A stretch of 63,630 nucleotides of DNA, filler included, from Pseudobdellovibrionaceae bacterium (GTDB lineage Bacteria; Bdellovibrionota; Bdellovibrionia; Bdellovibrionales; UBA1609), in NCBI GenBank assembly GCA_030591685.1. It is 4 parts of 4 records of this genome, joined end to end, with 100 filler letters (N's around TTAATTAATTAA, not from the genome) between each part and the next. Parts side by side here need not be neighbours in the genome. Positions count along the whole stretch, not along the records: positions 1 to 15,453 come from JAUVAX010000050.1; 3 more parts are not named here. One strand, 5' to 3'. Of the stretch, positions 1 to 10,105 are shown piece by piece (position 1 is the stretch's first letter; each line of letters begins with the position of its first letter). Below the pieces are notes generated by a model. The model worked only from the letters and a program-made list of their open reading frames with translations. It was not told the DNA's origin and made no database searches. A program made the translations under genes and the position numbers.

Positions 1-50
1 CCTTCCGTTTACACGATTAATAAAATAACTAGCCTTGGGCTTTTAAACAT
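1..50 (-). CDS. 5' end of an unknown gene running off the window (MFKSPRLVIFINRVNG...)
   Basis: ATG at 50 preceded by AAGGT; frame stays open to the window edge. Confidence 0.35.
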
Positions 51-142
51 TTTATTACCTTCACACAATGAAATATACAAACCCTCAGCATTAGATTCAA
101 TTAAAGTATTTATTTTTTTTGCTGTACTCTTATTTAAACAAC

Positions 143-170
143 AAAAAAGCCCGGACTAACAAGCCCGGGC
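143..170 (-). terminator. Rho-independent terminator of the lipoprotein gene
   Basis: GCCCGGGCT-tgtt-AGTCCGGGC hairpin followed by T6 on the minus strand. Confidence 0.8.
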
Positions 171-198
171 CCCACCAAATTATATTTTTAAGTCATAC

Positions 199-1314
199 TT
201 ATTGTTTAGTAAATCTAACAACAAACACGGCTTGAAATGAAATGTTCCCACCGCAAGCCCCTGGGCTTAAAGCATCCTCTACATAGTGTGAGCTTACCGT
301 AAAGCTACCTATGTGAGAGAGGTTGCTCTCAGGTGTAAAGTTAACAGATGTTCTTTCATAGGCCTGGCAACCGGGAGCGATTTCTCTATCGCCACCAACG
401 TTTAGTGTGTACGTACCACCGGACTCAACTAACGGTCCCGCTGCGTAGTACTGACGAGGGTCTTCCATGCTCGTTGGAGTCAAACCATCTCTTGTTTCAC
501 ACGCAATTTGATCGTCAACAAAAGAAGCCCCTGTCACTACGCTAGTGAAGGTGAAATCATCAGACGTCTCGATGTAAGTTTTTTCAGAGTCCATGAGATC
601 AATACCACCACAATTTAAAAAGTCGGGTTTAGATCTCCACACACCAAGACCATAAGCTGTTGCACCAGCGCGAGTCCCCTGCATAACTCTCATGTAAACG
701 GTATCACCATCACCGGCAACAAACTGAGCACAAGCGTCGTCCATAAGTAAGTTGCCAGAATTTACACAACTCATGATGTATGAACTATCATGTAAGCCCG
801 CAACATCTAAAGAAGTCCCCGGAACACCTAACTGAGGCGCAATGGCAGCATGAGGTATCTTAGCCACACCCGTATCTAAATCTAAGTTTATTGGCCCCAC
901 ATTAATACTGCCGCTTAAGTTAAGAGTTGAAGACGAGTTGCCTGCATACCCAGAAACGCCATCATCAATCACCAAACTGGCTAAAGACTGATTTGTCGCC
1001 GCATCATTTATAAAACACCCTAATGGCACATGTGCCGGGACGTTTACAATAAATGAACCGTCTAAACCAATGCTCGCCTCTCCAATTTGTGGAGGGTCAG
1101 AAAAGGACACACAGTAAATTTTTAAACCACCAAAATCTACCGATTGTGAACCTAGTTTTTCACTCGCTCCTATTTTAGATGATGCAGCTCCACCGCTTAA
1201 GCTTCCTGATAAAGCGATTAAACCACTCTCACCCTCATCTCCTCCTACACACCCACTTAGCAGGGCCCCTAATAAGACCGCTACCATTGCTTTTTTGTAT
1301 ATACCTTTTCCCAT
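199..1314 (-). CDS. Cys-rich acidic lipoprotein of unknown function
   Basis: Likely start MGKGIYKK after a GGGAG SD; hydrophobic stretch followed by LSGC lipobox. Confidence 0.8.
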   Translation of the reverse strand: MGKGIYKKAMVAVLLGALLSGCVGGDEGESGLIALSGSLSGGAASSKIGASEKLGSQSVDFGGLKIYCVSFSDPPQIGEASIGLDGSFIVNVPAHVPLGCFINDAATNQSLASLVIDDGVSGYAGNSSSTLNLSGSINVGPINLDLDTGVAKIPHAAIAPQLGVPGTSLDVAGLHDSSYIMSCVNSGNLLMDDACAQFVAGDGDTVYMRVMQGTRAGATAYGLGVWRSKPDFLNCGGIDLMDSEKTYIETSDDFTFTSVVTGASFVDDQIACETRDGLTPTSMEDPRQYYAAGPLVESGGTYTLNVGGDREIAPGCQAYERTSVNFTPESNLSHIGSFTVSSHYVEDALSPGACGGNISFQAVFVVRFTKQ

Positions 1315-1405
1315 AACGTACTCCCCTTTTTGACTTTTTCGCCACGACAACATACATACAACAAAAATCTGAGCCCCTCTCAAATTCGCAACATACCCCT
1401 ACCTA

Positions 1406-1423
1406 TTGCACAGGGCGGGCCAA
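1406..1423 (-). promoter_or_regulatory. sigma54 -24/-12 promoter for the lipoprotein gene
   Basis: Minus strand TTGGCCCGCCCTGTGCAA gives exact GG-N10-GC; IHF-like ATTCAGTAAGTTA at 1427-1439. Confidence 0.65.
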
Positions 1424-1463
1424 CTATAACTTACTGAATTTACTTGGTTATCATTCTCGTATG

Positions 1464-1521
1464 GCAACTTTTGTTGCATCACCTTTGACAAGTAAAGTTG
1501 GCGTAACAACTTTACTTGTCA
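1464..1521. promoter_or_regulatory. Putative upstream activator sites: three CAAS-N4-STTG boxes, including a perfect 15-bp inverted repeat
   Basis: GCAACTTTTGTTGC at 1464-1477 and TGACAAGTAAAGTTG-gcgtaa-CAACTTTACTTGTCA at 1486-1521. Confidence 0.55.
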
Positions 1522-1552
1522 CCCCTTAGGGCCACTCAGACCAACTTATAAC

Positions 1553-3091
1553 TCATCGAAGCTCATGCTTAATAAGGGCCTTTCTGAGCCCCTCTCTAGA
1601 AACACCGAGCGACTGACTGGCTTTAGATTTGTTGCCCTCGGACCTCTTTAACGTCTCTATTAAAAGGGCTCTTTCAACGGCATCTTTGCCCGCTTTTAAG
1701 GTGAGGCCGTCTAAATCAAGCTCAAAGGCCGCCCCTTCTGTTTTTGACCGAACAGGCGAGGCCATAGACTTAAGATTAAAATCTTTTACGTCTAACACCT
1801 CTTTATCTCCCGAAAGAATCATGGCCCTCTCGATCCTATTTTGAAGCTCTCTAATATTACCCGGCCACCCGTATGACCTCATCGCATTTAAAAGCCCCCT
1901 TGAAAGCGCTTTCTTTTTCCAGCCCCTTTCGCGAGAAAACTGATCCATCAGGGACGCGCTGATGTCCTCGATATCCTCTAGCCTCTCGCTAAGTGGGGGC
2001 AGGTGAACAGATAAAACATTAAGCCTAAAGTACAAGTCCTCTCTAAATAGTTTTTCATCGGACATTTTTTTTAAATCTCTATTGGTCGCCGCCACTAACC
2101 GAAAACTAATCGCCCTCGGGGGCGATTCATCCCCTACTCGTGAAACCATTTTATCTTGAATAACTCTCAACAACTTTGCCTGTATAGACAGGGGCATCTC
2201 ACCGATTTCGTCTAAAAATAATGTGCCCCCTTCGGAGAGCTCAATCTTACCCTTACGAGCAACGGTCCCCGTTGCAGCGCCTTTAGCCACCCCAAAAATT
2301 TCAGCCTCAAATAAAGACTCTGGTATGGCCGCACAGTTAACAACCACAAAAGGGCCCTCATTATGGTCACTATTTAAATGCACATACTTAGCTACGAGCT
2401 CTTTGCCTGTCCCGCTCTCTCCAGTGATCAATACGTTGCTTTTACTTTGCGCGTAGACTTCTAACTTTTCAAAAACCTCAATAAGAGCTCTAGATTTTGT
2501 TTTAATCACACCCTCTTGACTAGCGCCAGATAACCTACGCCTTCTTTCGAGGATAAGGTCATTTTTTTTTGTCTCTAGTTCAAAAAGTCTTACTCGCTGC
2601 TCTATAGCTAGGCCCGCAAATAAACCAAGGATATTAGCGGCCTTTAGGTCTTCATCTGAAAATTCGTTGTTTTTACTGTTTATAAACTCTAAGGCACCAA
2701 TTTTTTTACCCGCTGGTGTTTTTAAAGGTACGCATAAAACGGTCTTTGTTTTGTAGTTTGTCACCTCATCGGTTTCGGCTGAAAAGTATGGGCTTTTTGA
2801 CGTATCATTACTCACCATGGGGAGCTGGTTTCTAAACACATACCCCGCAATACCCCTGTCGGCAGAAATCTCTAAAGACTCCCCCTTTATACCCGTGGCC
2901 ACGAGGGCCTTTAGGGTTTTATTGGGGCGAGGGCCACTGTACTCTGAGGCTAAAAAAACAGTCCCTCGATCTGCCGAAGTCACCCTTAAGCCCGAATCAA
3001 TAATTTGATGAATTAGGTCATACCAGTCCTTAGTTTCAAAAAACTGAGCACATAGACCTGATAATATATTAAGTGTCGAAGGGCTATTCAT
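1553..3091 (-). CDS. GAF-domain sigma54-dependent enhancer-binding protein (GAF-AAA+-Fis HTH)
   Basis: N-terminal GAF, Walker A GESGTGKE, Walker B FLDEIGE, WPGNIRELQN, C-terminal HTH; likely start MNSPSTL at 3091. Confidence 0.92.
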   Translation of the reverse strand: MNSPSTLNILSGLCAQFFETKDWYDLIHQIIDSGLRVTSADRGTVFLASEYSGPRPNKTLKALVATGIKGESLEISADRGIAGYVFRNQLPMVSNDTSKSPYFSAETDEVTNYKTKTVLCVPLKTPAGKKIGALEFINSKNNEFSDEDLKAANILGLFAGLAIEQRVRLFELETKKNDLILERRRRLSGASQEGVIKTKSRALIEVFEKLEVYAQSKSNVLITGESGTGKELVAKYVHLNSDHNEGPFVVVNCAAIPESLFEAEIFGVAKGAATGTVARKGKIELSEGGTLFLDEIGEMPLSIQAKLLRVIQDKMVSRVGDESPPRAISFRLVAATNRDLKKMSDEKLFREDLYFRLNVLSVHLPPLSERLEDIEDISASLMDQFSRERGWKKKALSRGLLNAMRSYGWPGNIRELQNRIERAMILSGDKEVLDVKDFNLKSMASPVRSKTEGAAFELDLDGLTLKAGKDAVERALLIETLKRSEGNKSKASQSLGVSREGLRKALIKHELR

Positions 3092-3401
3092 AAATAAATT
3101 GTAGACCCCTACAGTTAAGGCAACAACCACTTTTATCTGTACACGCAGAGCCCTGTGATCGACGCCCATAAAAGCCCCACCTAATGCCACTCTCCCTATG
3201 CCAAAAAAAGTGCAACCGATGTCTCCAGCACAAAGCGTGAACTATTCGTCAGGCCAATAAACACCCTCGCCCGTACAGCAGATGCTTATTTTTACCACTC
3301 TCCCCCTTACCCCCTGTAAACAGGGCTGTTTTAGGTTTAAATAATCTTCAATACCCATGGCTACACTGGACTTTTTAAAAAAGACACCTTAGGTTACCCC
3401 C

Positions 3402-4253
3402 ATGAGTAACACCTATAAACTTCTTGATTGTGGAAATTTTAATAAGCTTGAGCAAGTGGGCCCTTACCTCTTTGTCCGGCCCTCCCCAGGCGCCGTGTGG
3501 CCCCCGTTGCTACCAAAAAATCAATGGGACAAGGCTGATGCCACCTTCACCCGAAAGTCTGACGGCAAGGGCTTTTGGACACTTAAAAATAATAATATCC
3601 CTGAATCATGGATTACTAATTTTGATGGCATCAAGCTCAATGTTAAAAAAACAAATTTTGGGCACTTAGGTTTTTTTGCCGAGCAAAGCAAAAACTGGTC
3701 TTATTTTCAAAAAATCATTAAACCCGAAGTACCCCAGAGAAGCACCTATCAGGTTTTAAATTTATTTGCATACACAGGGGCCGCCAGTATTTCTTGCGCT
3801 CTTTCAGGGGCTCAGGTTACACATCTTGACGCCTCAAAGACGTCTAATGTGTGGGCGAAGCAAAATGCTGAACTTAATAACTTAAGCGAGTCGAGCGTAA
3901 GATGGCTCACCGATGATGTGAATCGATTTATTGAGCGCGAAAAGCGTCGCGGCAATAAATACCAAGCCATCATATTAGACCCCCCTAGCTTTGGCCGCGG
4001 AGCCAAGGGCCAAGTGTGGAAGATTGAAGCCCACATGATCCCGCTACTTAATAACTTACAGGCCCTTATGAGTGATGACTTTCACTTTATCTCTTTATCC
4101 TCTCATTCAGCTGGGTACACGCCTCTATCGCTTAAAAACCTGCTTTCACATATCTGTCACAAAAAAACAGGCACATATGAAGAGCGCGAGATGACCATAC
4201 CCTTTAACGACCAGCACCTACCCTCAGGTGCAACCTGTATATTTAAAACATAA
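3402..4253 (+). CDS. Class I SAM-dependent methyltransferase (RlmK/RlmI-like catalytic domain)
   Basis: VLNLFAYTGAAS SAM motif and IILDPPSFG. Confidence 0.88.
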   Translation: MSNTYKLLDCGNFNKLEQVGPYLFVRPSPGAVWPPLLPKNQWDKADATFTRKSDGKGFWTLKNNNIPESWITNFDGIKLNVKKTNFGHLGFFAEQSKNWSYFQKIIKPEVPQRSTYQVLNLFAYTGAASISCALSGAQVTHLDASKTSNVWAKQNAELNNLSESSVRWLTDDVNRFIEREKRRGNKYQAIILDPPSFGRGAKGQVWKIEAHMIPLLNNLQALMSDDFHFISLSSHSAGYTPLSLKNLLSHICHKKTGTYEEREMTIPFNDQHLPSGATCIFKT

Positions 4254-4341
4254 AACATTAAAAATTTTTTTAACTAAAATTTGACTTACGCCCCCGTCTT
4301 TGTTGCCATTAAAGAGCTACAAGCTAGAGGGGCATCACTCA

Positions 4342-5415
4342 ATGAAACTTATTTTATCTTTTTTTGTAATTTCAATTTTTTTTGGCTCTCACTTAAGGGC
4401 TCAACCCCTTTTAAGTCTTGAACATAATTATCAGCCCGAGTTACTCACCACTATAAATCAAGGGGTCACCTCTCAGCCTTTTCGATTCAGTTTCACAGAT
4501 ACTTTTACACTAGTCCCAGAGCTATCAACTACACCACCTGTAAAAACCGCCCCATTAAGAAGGCTCGCATACGAGACTGGAGAGCCCTTGCCTGCATCGG
4601 CTATTTATAATGGTAAAAATGGCAAGCCAACAAGGCTGGAGATTTTAATAAAATCAATTCACCCCGGCTCTGTGGTCATTATATCTGAAATCCACAACAA
4701 CCCTCAACATCATGAAAACCAACTTAAACTTTTAAATGCTCTTTCTCAAGAGCACCCCCTAACTGAAATCTCTATAGGTATGGAGTTTTTTTCATTCACT
4801 CACCAATCACTTATTAATAATTATTTATCAAAAAGATTCAGTGAAAAATATTTTCTTGAACAAATCAATTGGGGGGCTTTACCTTTTGAGTTTTACAGAC
4901 CCCTTGTTCAGTTTTCACTCACAACAAATGGGTGGACATACGGCATTAACGCCCCTAGATTTTTAACCTCTAAGGTTTCTAAAAATGGTCTCGAGGCGCT
5001 CTCTGAGAGCGAAAAAAAATTACTCCCACCAAACTTTAAGCTGGGCCGCGCACAGTATTTTGAACGCTTTAAACAGGCCATGAGCGGGGGGCATAAACTC
5101 CCCGACAGTGTTATAGAAAACTACTTCGCGGCTCAATCTATTTGGGACGACACGATGGCTTATAACTCTTTACTTCTTACTGAAAAAAACCCTCAGCAAA
5201 TACTAGTCATTATTGTTGGGGACTTTCATAACATCTACGGCGGCGGCTTACCCGACCGACTGCTTGCTCGCGGGGTTAATAACCTCGTTACCATTTCTCA
5301 AGTAGATTTAACTCAAAAAAATGAGTCCGAAAAAAATAACCTCTTAAACCCACACCCCTTATGGGGCCCTCGCGCTGACTTTATTTGGACCTCAAACTCA
5401 GAGCCCGCACAATAA
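4342..5415 (+). CDS. ChaN-family (haem-uptake / EreA-like superfamily) exported protein
   Basis: Signal peptide MKLILSFF; motifs ISEIHNNPQHH, IGMEFF, AQSIWDDTMA, VGDFH. Confidence 0.8.
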   Translation: MKLILSFFVISIFFGSHLRAQPLLSLEHNYQPELLTTINQGVTSQPFRFSFTDTFTLVPELSTTPPVKTAPLRRLAYETGEPLPASAIYNGKNGKPTRLEILIKSIHPGSVVIISEIHNNPQHHENQLKLLNALSQEHPLTEISIGMEFFSFTHQSLINNYLSKRFSEKYFLEQINWGALPFEFYRPLVQFSLTTNGWTYGINAPRFLTSKVSKNGLEALSESEKKLLPPNFKLGRAQYFERFKQAMSGGHKLPDSVIENYFAAQSIWDDTMAYNSLLLTEKNPQQILVIIVGDFHNIYGGGLPDRLLARGVNNLVTISQVDLTQKNESEKNNLLNPHPLWGPRADFIWTSNSEPAQ

Positions 5416-5520
5416 CTTAACAGTAACTCGATAACGGCTCTAAAAAACTGATAATTTAAAATCCGTAATTTGAACAAACAATAGAACTTGTGACAGGGGA
5501 TTAACGCCCCCTAAGCGTTA

Positions 5521-7353
5521 CTAACGAGAACCGCCCCTTCTGCGTTTTCCGCCAAAAGAGCCACTGTCTCTAGACCCTCTACTCGAAGCCTCAACCTTAC
5601 CTGTTGAACACAGGTGAAATGCTTTTATTATCTTTGCTTTCATAAAGTTAGCTTGATTAAGTATCCCACTGGCCGAATCAGAGTTCTGTGCCACGGGACT
5701 CTTTTTATATGAAAACCTCTCATCTGGGATATTCGATGCAAGTCGAGCTCCGTTTCGACCTGTTCTGGCACCCTGCTTATAAAGGCCTGAAGAGCTCACC
5801 TCTCCTAAGGCATCATAGTTAAACTCATAGTCTGGGCGACCGCCGTTATATATCCTTACACGACTTACTTTTCCGCCCTCGTGGGTGATTTCAATAGAGT
5901 TTTTACCCTCTACATACCTTATGGGTTCACTTTTAACCAATGAGGTGCCCTCAGTTTTTGAACACTTCAATCCCTTAACATTACCAAAGTTTTTTTCATA
6001 CATCCCGTCAATCGCACCACAAAGCGAAGGGTCTCTACCTAATTCATTTTTTAAATTTTCATCATTAAAGCCTATGTCATTTATATGTTCATAAAATGGC
6101 GCGTATGAACTCACAAGGATCCTATTACAGTCTTTATCATATGGCAGCCAAGGGGCATACATGTCACATTTGGCGGTTGATGTGGCACCAGCCGCTGCAA
6201 CAAAAACTCCGGCTGCCGCCCCTAAAGGGGTTGCCCCCATGGCAAATCTTAGCGCTCCCTTTGCTAAAACTTTTGACCCTCGGCCGTACCTCATAAATCT
6301 ATGGCCCATTTTTGTCGGCTTCATTTGCCCTTTAACTTTACAACTCTTAGCCGCATGAGCTTGATTAAAAATCGACTTCCACAAGTTAGATGACAAATTG
6401 CAAGTTTCACCAAAATTATCGTTAAAAAGTTTAACCGTTTGACCTAACTTAGCTCTGCTGTCCTCAGCTAAATGATCTGAGTTTTCTTGCAAAAACTCAA
6501 GGGTCTCTTTCATTCTATGCATATTTGCATCTGCAATTCTCTGATAATTCTCGGCCACCATATTTTTAGCCCTAAAACCATCGGTTACAACTCTATTTCC
6601 ATCAAAGGTCGGATGGGATAAAAAATTCCATTTATTTTTTATATTACTCTCTACCTCGCCAACTAGGTTCCTTCTTGTTGGTCCCTTATTAGTAATAGAA
6701 TAACGAATATTTTTAAAATTAAGTTTCTTTTCCCATCCCTCAGGAGGCTCCTTAGCACCATCGGCAGATACGTAATCAGTAAACATGCCTTTAAAATTTT
6801 TTCCTGATACTGGGTCCTTCCCTCCCCACAGTGTGTTTTGAATCAATCTTTGTGTTTCAATATGATTGGGGTTCGGAGAGCCATTAGAAATCTCCATGAT
6901 TTTATTTATCATCAATCTCTCTTCAGTTGTTCTTTGTGCACTTTTTAACCACGCATGGCCCGCATCATCAATTGATGAATCAATGCCTTTTTCAAGGCTT
7001 CTCAAAAGGCTAGATATTTCTTGTTTCATTAAATTAGGATTTGCACACCCTGAGGCAAAGGCCGAAGGTAAAATCCAATTTAAAAATTTAATATCTAAAT
7101 TAACTATTCTACACCTAATGCCAAGCTGAGTGATCATTGACCCTGATTTTTTACCAGCCCTAGCAGCCATACCTGCCACAAACACAGAACCCATTTGGTC
7201 ATACCCACACTGGTACAGCGAAGAGGCTGAGCAATCGGCAACACTGAGTAGTTTTTTTATTTTTTCTTGAGTACCTTTAAAATCATTTATACACGAATTT
7301 GCGTGAACGTTTGTAGCAAAAATCGAGACCAAAAATAAAGATATATATTTCAT
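5521..7353 (-). CDS. Large secreted Cys-containing hypothetical protein with an internal hydrophobic Gly/Ala segment
   Basis: Signal peptide MKYISLFLVSIFATNVHA; start overlaps the upstream stop (ATGA). Confidence 0.8.
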   Translation of the reverse strand: MKYISLFLVSIFATNVHANSCINDFKGTQEKIKKLLSVADCSASSLYQCGYDQMGSVFVAGMAARAGKKSGSMITQLGIRCRIVNLDIKFLNWILPSAFASGCANPNLMKQEISSLLRSLEKGIDSSIDDAGHAWLKSAQRTTEERLMINKIMEISNGSPNPNHIETQRLIQNTLWGGKDPVSGKNFKGMFTDYVSADGAKEPPEGWEKKLNFKNIRYSITNKGPTRRNLVGEVESNIKNKWNFLSHPTFDGNRVVTDGFRAKNMVAENYQRIADANMHRMKETLEFLQENSDHLAEDSRAKLGQTVKLFNDNFGETCNLSSNLWKSIFNQAHAAKSCKVKGQMKPTKMGHRFMRYGRGSKVLAKGALRFAMGATPLGAAAGVFVAAAGATSTAKCDMYAPWLPYDKDCNRILVSSYAPFYEHINDIGFNDENLKNELGRDPSLCGAIDGMYEKNFGNVKGLKCSKTEGTSLVKSEPIRYVEGKNSIEITHEGGKVSRVRIYNGGRPDYEFNYDALGEVSSSGLYKQGARTGRNGARLASNIPDERFSYKKSPVAQNSDSASGILNQANFMKAKIIKAFHLCSTGKVEASSRGSRDSGSFGGKRRRGGSR

Positions 7354-7700
7354 AATTGGCACTCCGATTTTTGGCTTACCTTCCATGATTGACTTAACTT
7401 TACACCCACGCAAAGCCCTAGTTTATGACCTAATTTTTTACTCTCTCTGCCCGTTCGAACTCTAGTTTTAATTTTGGCCTCTTTCAAACACACTTTTAAG
7501 TTATTTTTAACATCTAACTTACAATTGTAAAAAGTTTTACCAAAACACTTATTAATTTTAACTGAGTCCAAACATATACCTGAAATTAAATTTTTACTAT
7601 AAAGGCGTAACCATTTGTTTTTAGAAACTAAAAGTTCTCTTGAAGCCATACTTTGAACTGATAAAACTATAATAAAAATTAAAACAAAACTTTGCCGCAT
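7350..7700 (-). CDS. Small basic secreted protein with 6 Cys
   Basis: Signal peptide; translationally coupled to the downstream gene. Confidence 0.75.
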   Translation of the reverse strand: MRQSFVLIFIIVLSVQSMASRELLVSKNKWLRLYSKNLISGICLDSVKINKCFGKTFYNCKLDVKNNLKVCLKEAKIKTRVRTGRESKKLGHKLGLCVGVKLSQSWKVSQKSECQL

Positions 7701-7794
7701 ACATACTATTATCTCTCAATAGGCGACTTAATGCAAAGGGAGCATAACTTTTATAGCCAGCCTAAAGACTTAGCCTGATATTTATTTTTGGACA

Positions 7795-8478
7795 TTAGTT
7801 GGGGTCGATAAATACAAACTCGAGCGTTTTGTGATCTACAATAATATTTCTCTGTCGTAATGAAAGGTTTATGCCTATTACTGGAGTACCGCGAAATTCT
7901 ACATCATACCCATAAACATTGCTAAAGGTATATTTTCGGCCAGCTTTAATGTACGTTGATTCTAAATAGTCATAAAGAGCTTTGTTAAATCGAGTTTTTT
8001 TCTCTAAAAGGATCTCCCTTAACTCTGGCGGTGTAGTTTTGCTATCAAGAAGATCTGACAATGTTTCTCCCCTTACGTCTTGGTAGTACCTACTTTTACC
8101 CTCTAATGACAAAGGCCTCGCTCGGTCAACGATTTTTACGCCTGGAAAATTAAGTTTTTTAAACAATTTTCTTAACGAGCTCATAGATACAGCATCAATA
8201 GCCGCCACTATGTGTGAGGTGTACACCTTTCTAACAAAGGTCTGAGTGGTATCAGCTCGTAAAACGTATCTATAAACGCTCCCGTTTGCACCTTTGCCCA
8301 GTTTAAACACTTCGTATTTATCGTTTGATTTATCCTGATCATACTCCCCTCGCTTAAAAGAAAAGTACTCGCCACTAGTAAAAATAGACTGGCAACTCTT
8401 AGAGGCATAAGTAGACCCTAAATTTGCAAAAATTATAAAATAAACGAAAATCGTTAGTCTTATTATTGAGTTATTAAT
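7795..8478 (-). CDS. Secreted protein-kinase-like protein with a probable non-AUG (ATT) start
   Basis: LGKGANGSVY Gly loop, VRK, RQRNIIVD, FIDP; the frame extends 56 codons upstream of 8310 through a signal peptide to an ATT 6 nt after GGAGGA. Confidence 0.6.
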   Translation of the reverse strand: MNNSIIRLTIFVYFIIFANLGSTYASKSCQSIFTSGEYFSFKRGEYDQDKSNDKYEVFKLGKGANGSVYRYVLRADTTQTFVRKVYTSHIVAAIDAVSMSSLRKLFKKLNFPGVKIVDRARPLSLEGKSRYYQDVRGETLSDLLDSKTTPPELREILLEKKTRFNKALYDYLESTYIKAGRKYTFSNVYGYDVEFRGTPVIGINLSLRQRNIIVDHKTLEFVFIDPN

Positions 8479-8522
8479 GCCAATTCCTCCCTGGCTTACT
8501 TAGAGTGGGTTACCTTATTCAT

Positions 8523-8538
8523 TACAATTTATATGCCA
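8523..8538 (-). promoter_or_regulatory. sigma54-like -24/-12 element
   Basis: Minus strand TGGCATATAAATTGTA (GG-N10-GT; one deviation at -12). Confidence 0.5.
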
Positions 8539-8897
8539 TTTTATCCCTACGCCCTTTATATACAAATTAAGTCATAGATAATGTATCCGAAGGGGGTTGT
8601 TGATTGGCATTATAGCTCAGCAGTACCCTACATTTGAGTCATCATCTTACCACCGAATATCCCCCCTTAATCACGTATTCAAATCAAACACACTAAGGGC
8701 TTATAAAGCCTAATTTAAAAAGACATCACCCTAATAGAATATGGAGCAGGGACATGTTTCCACAAAATAAAAAGACGCAAAAAACCTGGCTTTAGGTGAA
8801 CTTTATGAGCTACTCGTAAGTGCGTAGCCATTACAAGCCCCTAGCATTTAATATGTTTTTTCTACCAAATTATATTTCTTTGAGCTTTAATGCGTAG

Positions 8898-9983
8898 ATG
8901 AGCAAAATTAACTGTGCCCTAAAAAATTACTGGGTCATGGCCCCCATGACCCGCAGCCAGTGCCCCGGTGGTGTTCCCCACAAAGGTGTTGCCGAGTACT
9001 ACAGCAAACGCGCTCAGGGCGGTGTTGGGCTTATTATCACTGAAGGGGTGAGTATTAATCACCCCTCGTCACAAGGGTACCCGGATGTACCTAATATTCA
9101 CACACCCGAAGCCCTCTTGGGGTGGAAAAATGTGATTAAGGCTGTGCATAAACATGGCACCCTTATTATCCCCCAACTTTGGCATGTGGGGTCTGTTAAA
9201 TCACCCACTTACCCTGATCGACTTTTAAAACCTACCCTGGCCCCGTCAAGCATTGCCCACCCCTCACTCAGTGCTGAGAAGGCTATACTCCCAAAAGAAA
9301 TGTCAGAGCTAGATATTTCTAACATCATTGAGGCCTATGCCAGCGCCGCTCTTGCAGCCAAAAATTGCGGCTTTGATGGTATTGAGATCCACGGGGCCCA
9401 TGGGTACCTGATTGATCAGTTTTTTTGGACCCGTACTAATAAAAGAAAAGATAAATATGGCGGAAGCTTAAAAAATCGCGTTCGTTTTGCTACTGAAGTT
9501 GTGGCCGCCTGTAGAACGGCGGTGGGCAATGGTTTTAAAATTGTATTTCGATTCTCTCAGTGGAAACTCGGCGGCTATGATGAAAAGTTAGTACATACCC
9601 CTGAAGAGTTAGAGGCTTTTTTAACCCCACTATGTAACGCCGGGGTAGATGTTTTTCACGTGAGTACAAGAAGGTACTACGATCCTGGGTTTAGCGGCTC
9701 GCCGTTAACTCTTGCCGGTTGGGTTAAAAAGATTTCTAAAAAACCTGTTATAATTGTTGGGTCTATTGGGCTAAGTACTGACTTTAGCGAATTAAACTCT
9801 AATAAAAAATCAACCTCTATGGGTATTGAAACGCTAGAAAAGCTCTACTTAGAGGGTCAGTTTGACCTAGCCGCCGTTGGCCGCGCATTAATTAGCGACC
9901 CCCAATGGGTTGAAAAAACAGAAAGCAAAAGAATTAACGAAATAAAAACCTTTCAAACACAAGATTTAAAAACATATCTTTAA
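8898..9983 (+). CDS. NADH:flavin oxidoreductase (old yellow enzyme family)
   Basis: VMAPMTR, QLWHVG, GFDGIEIHGAHGYLIDQF, AVGRALISDP. Confidence 0.93.
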   Translation: MSKINCALKNYWVMAPMTRSQCPGGVPHKGVAEYYSKRAQGGVGLIITEGVSINHPSSQGYPDVPNIHTPEALLGWKNVIKAVHKHGTLIIPQLWHVGSVKSPTYPDRLLKPTLAPSSIAHPSLSAEKAILPKEMSELDISNIIEAYASAALAAKNCGFDGIEIHGAHGYLIDQFFWTRTNKRKDKYGGSLKNRVRFATEVVAACRTAVGNGFKIVFRFSQWKLGGYDEKLVHTPEELEAFLTPLCNAGVDVFHVSTRRYYDPGFSGSPLTLAGWVKKISKKPVIIVGSIGLSTDFSELNSNKKSTSMGIETLEKLYLEGQFDLAAVGRALISDPQWVEKTESKRINEIKTFQTQDLKTYL

Positions 9984-10105
9984 AATTAAAAAACATTTCT
10001 AACCTAGATCGTTAATTGTTCACAAAACAGAGATCTACAGAATCAAAACACCACTGTATATTTTTTATTTTTAAACACCGAAATAAAAAAATAGGGTTAT
10101 GTTTT

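Noticed and set aside
1462..1478. TGGCAACTTTTGTTGCA as a plus-strand sigma54 promoter
   Set aside because: GG-GC spacing is 11 rather than 10 and no gene follows on that strand; better read as an activator site
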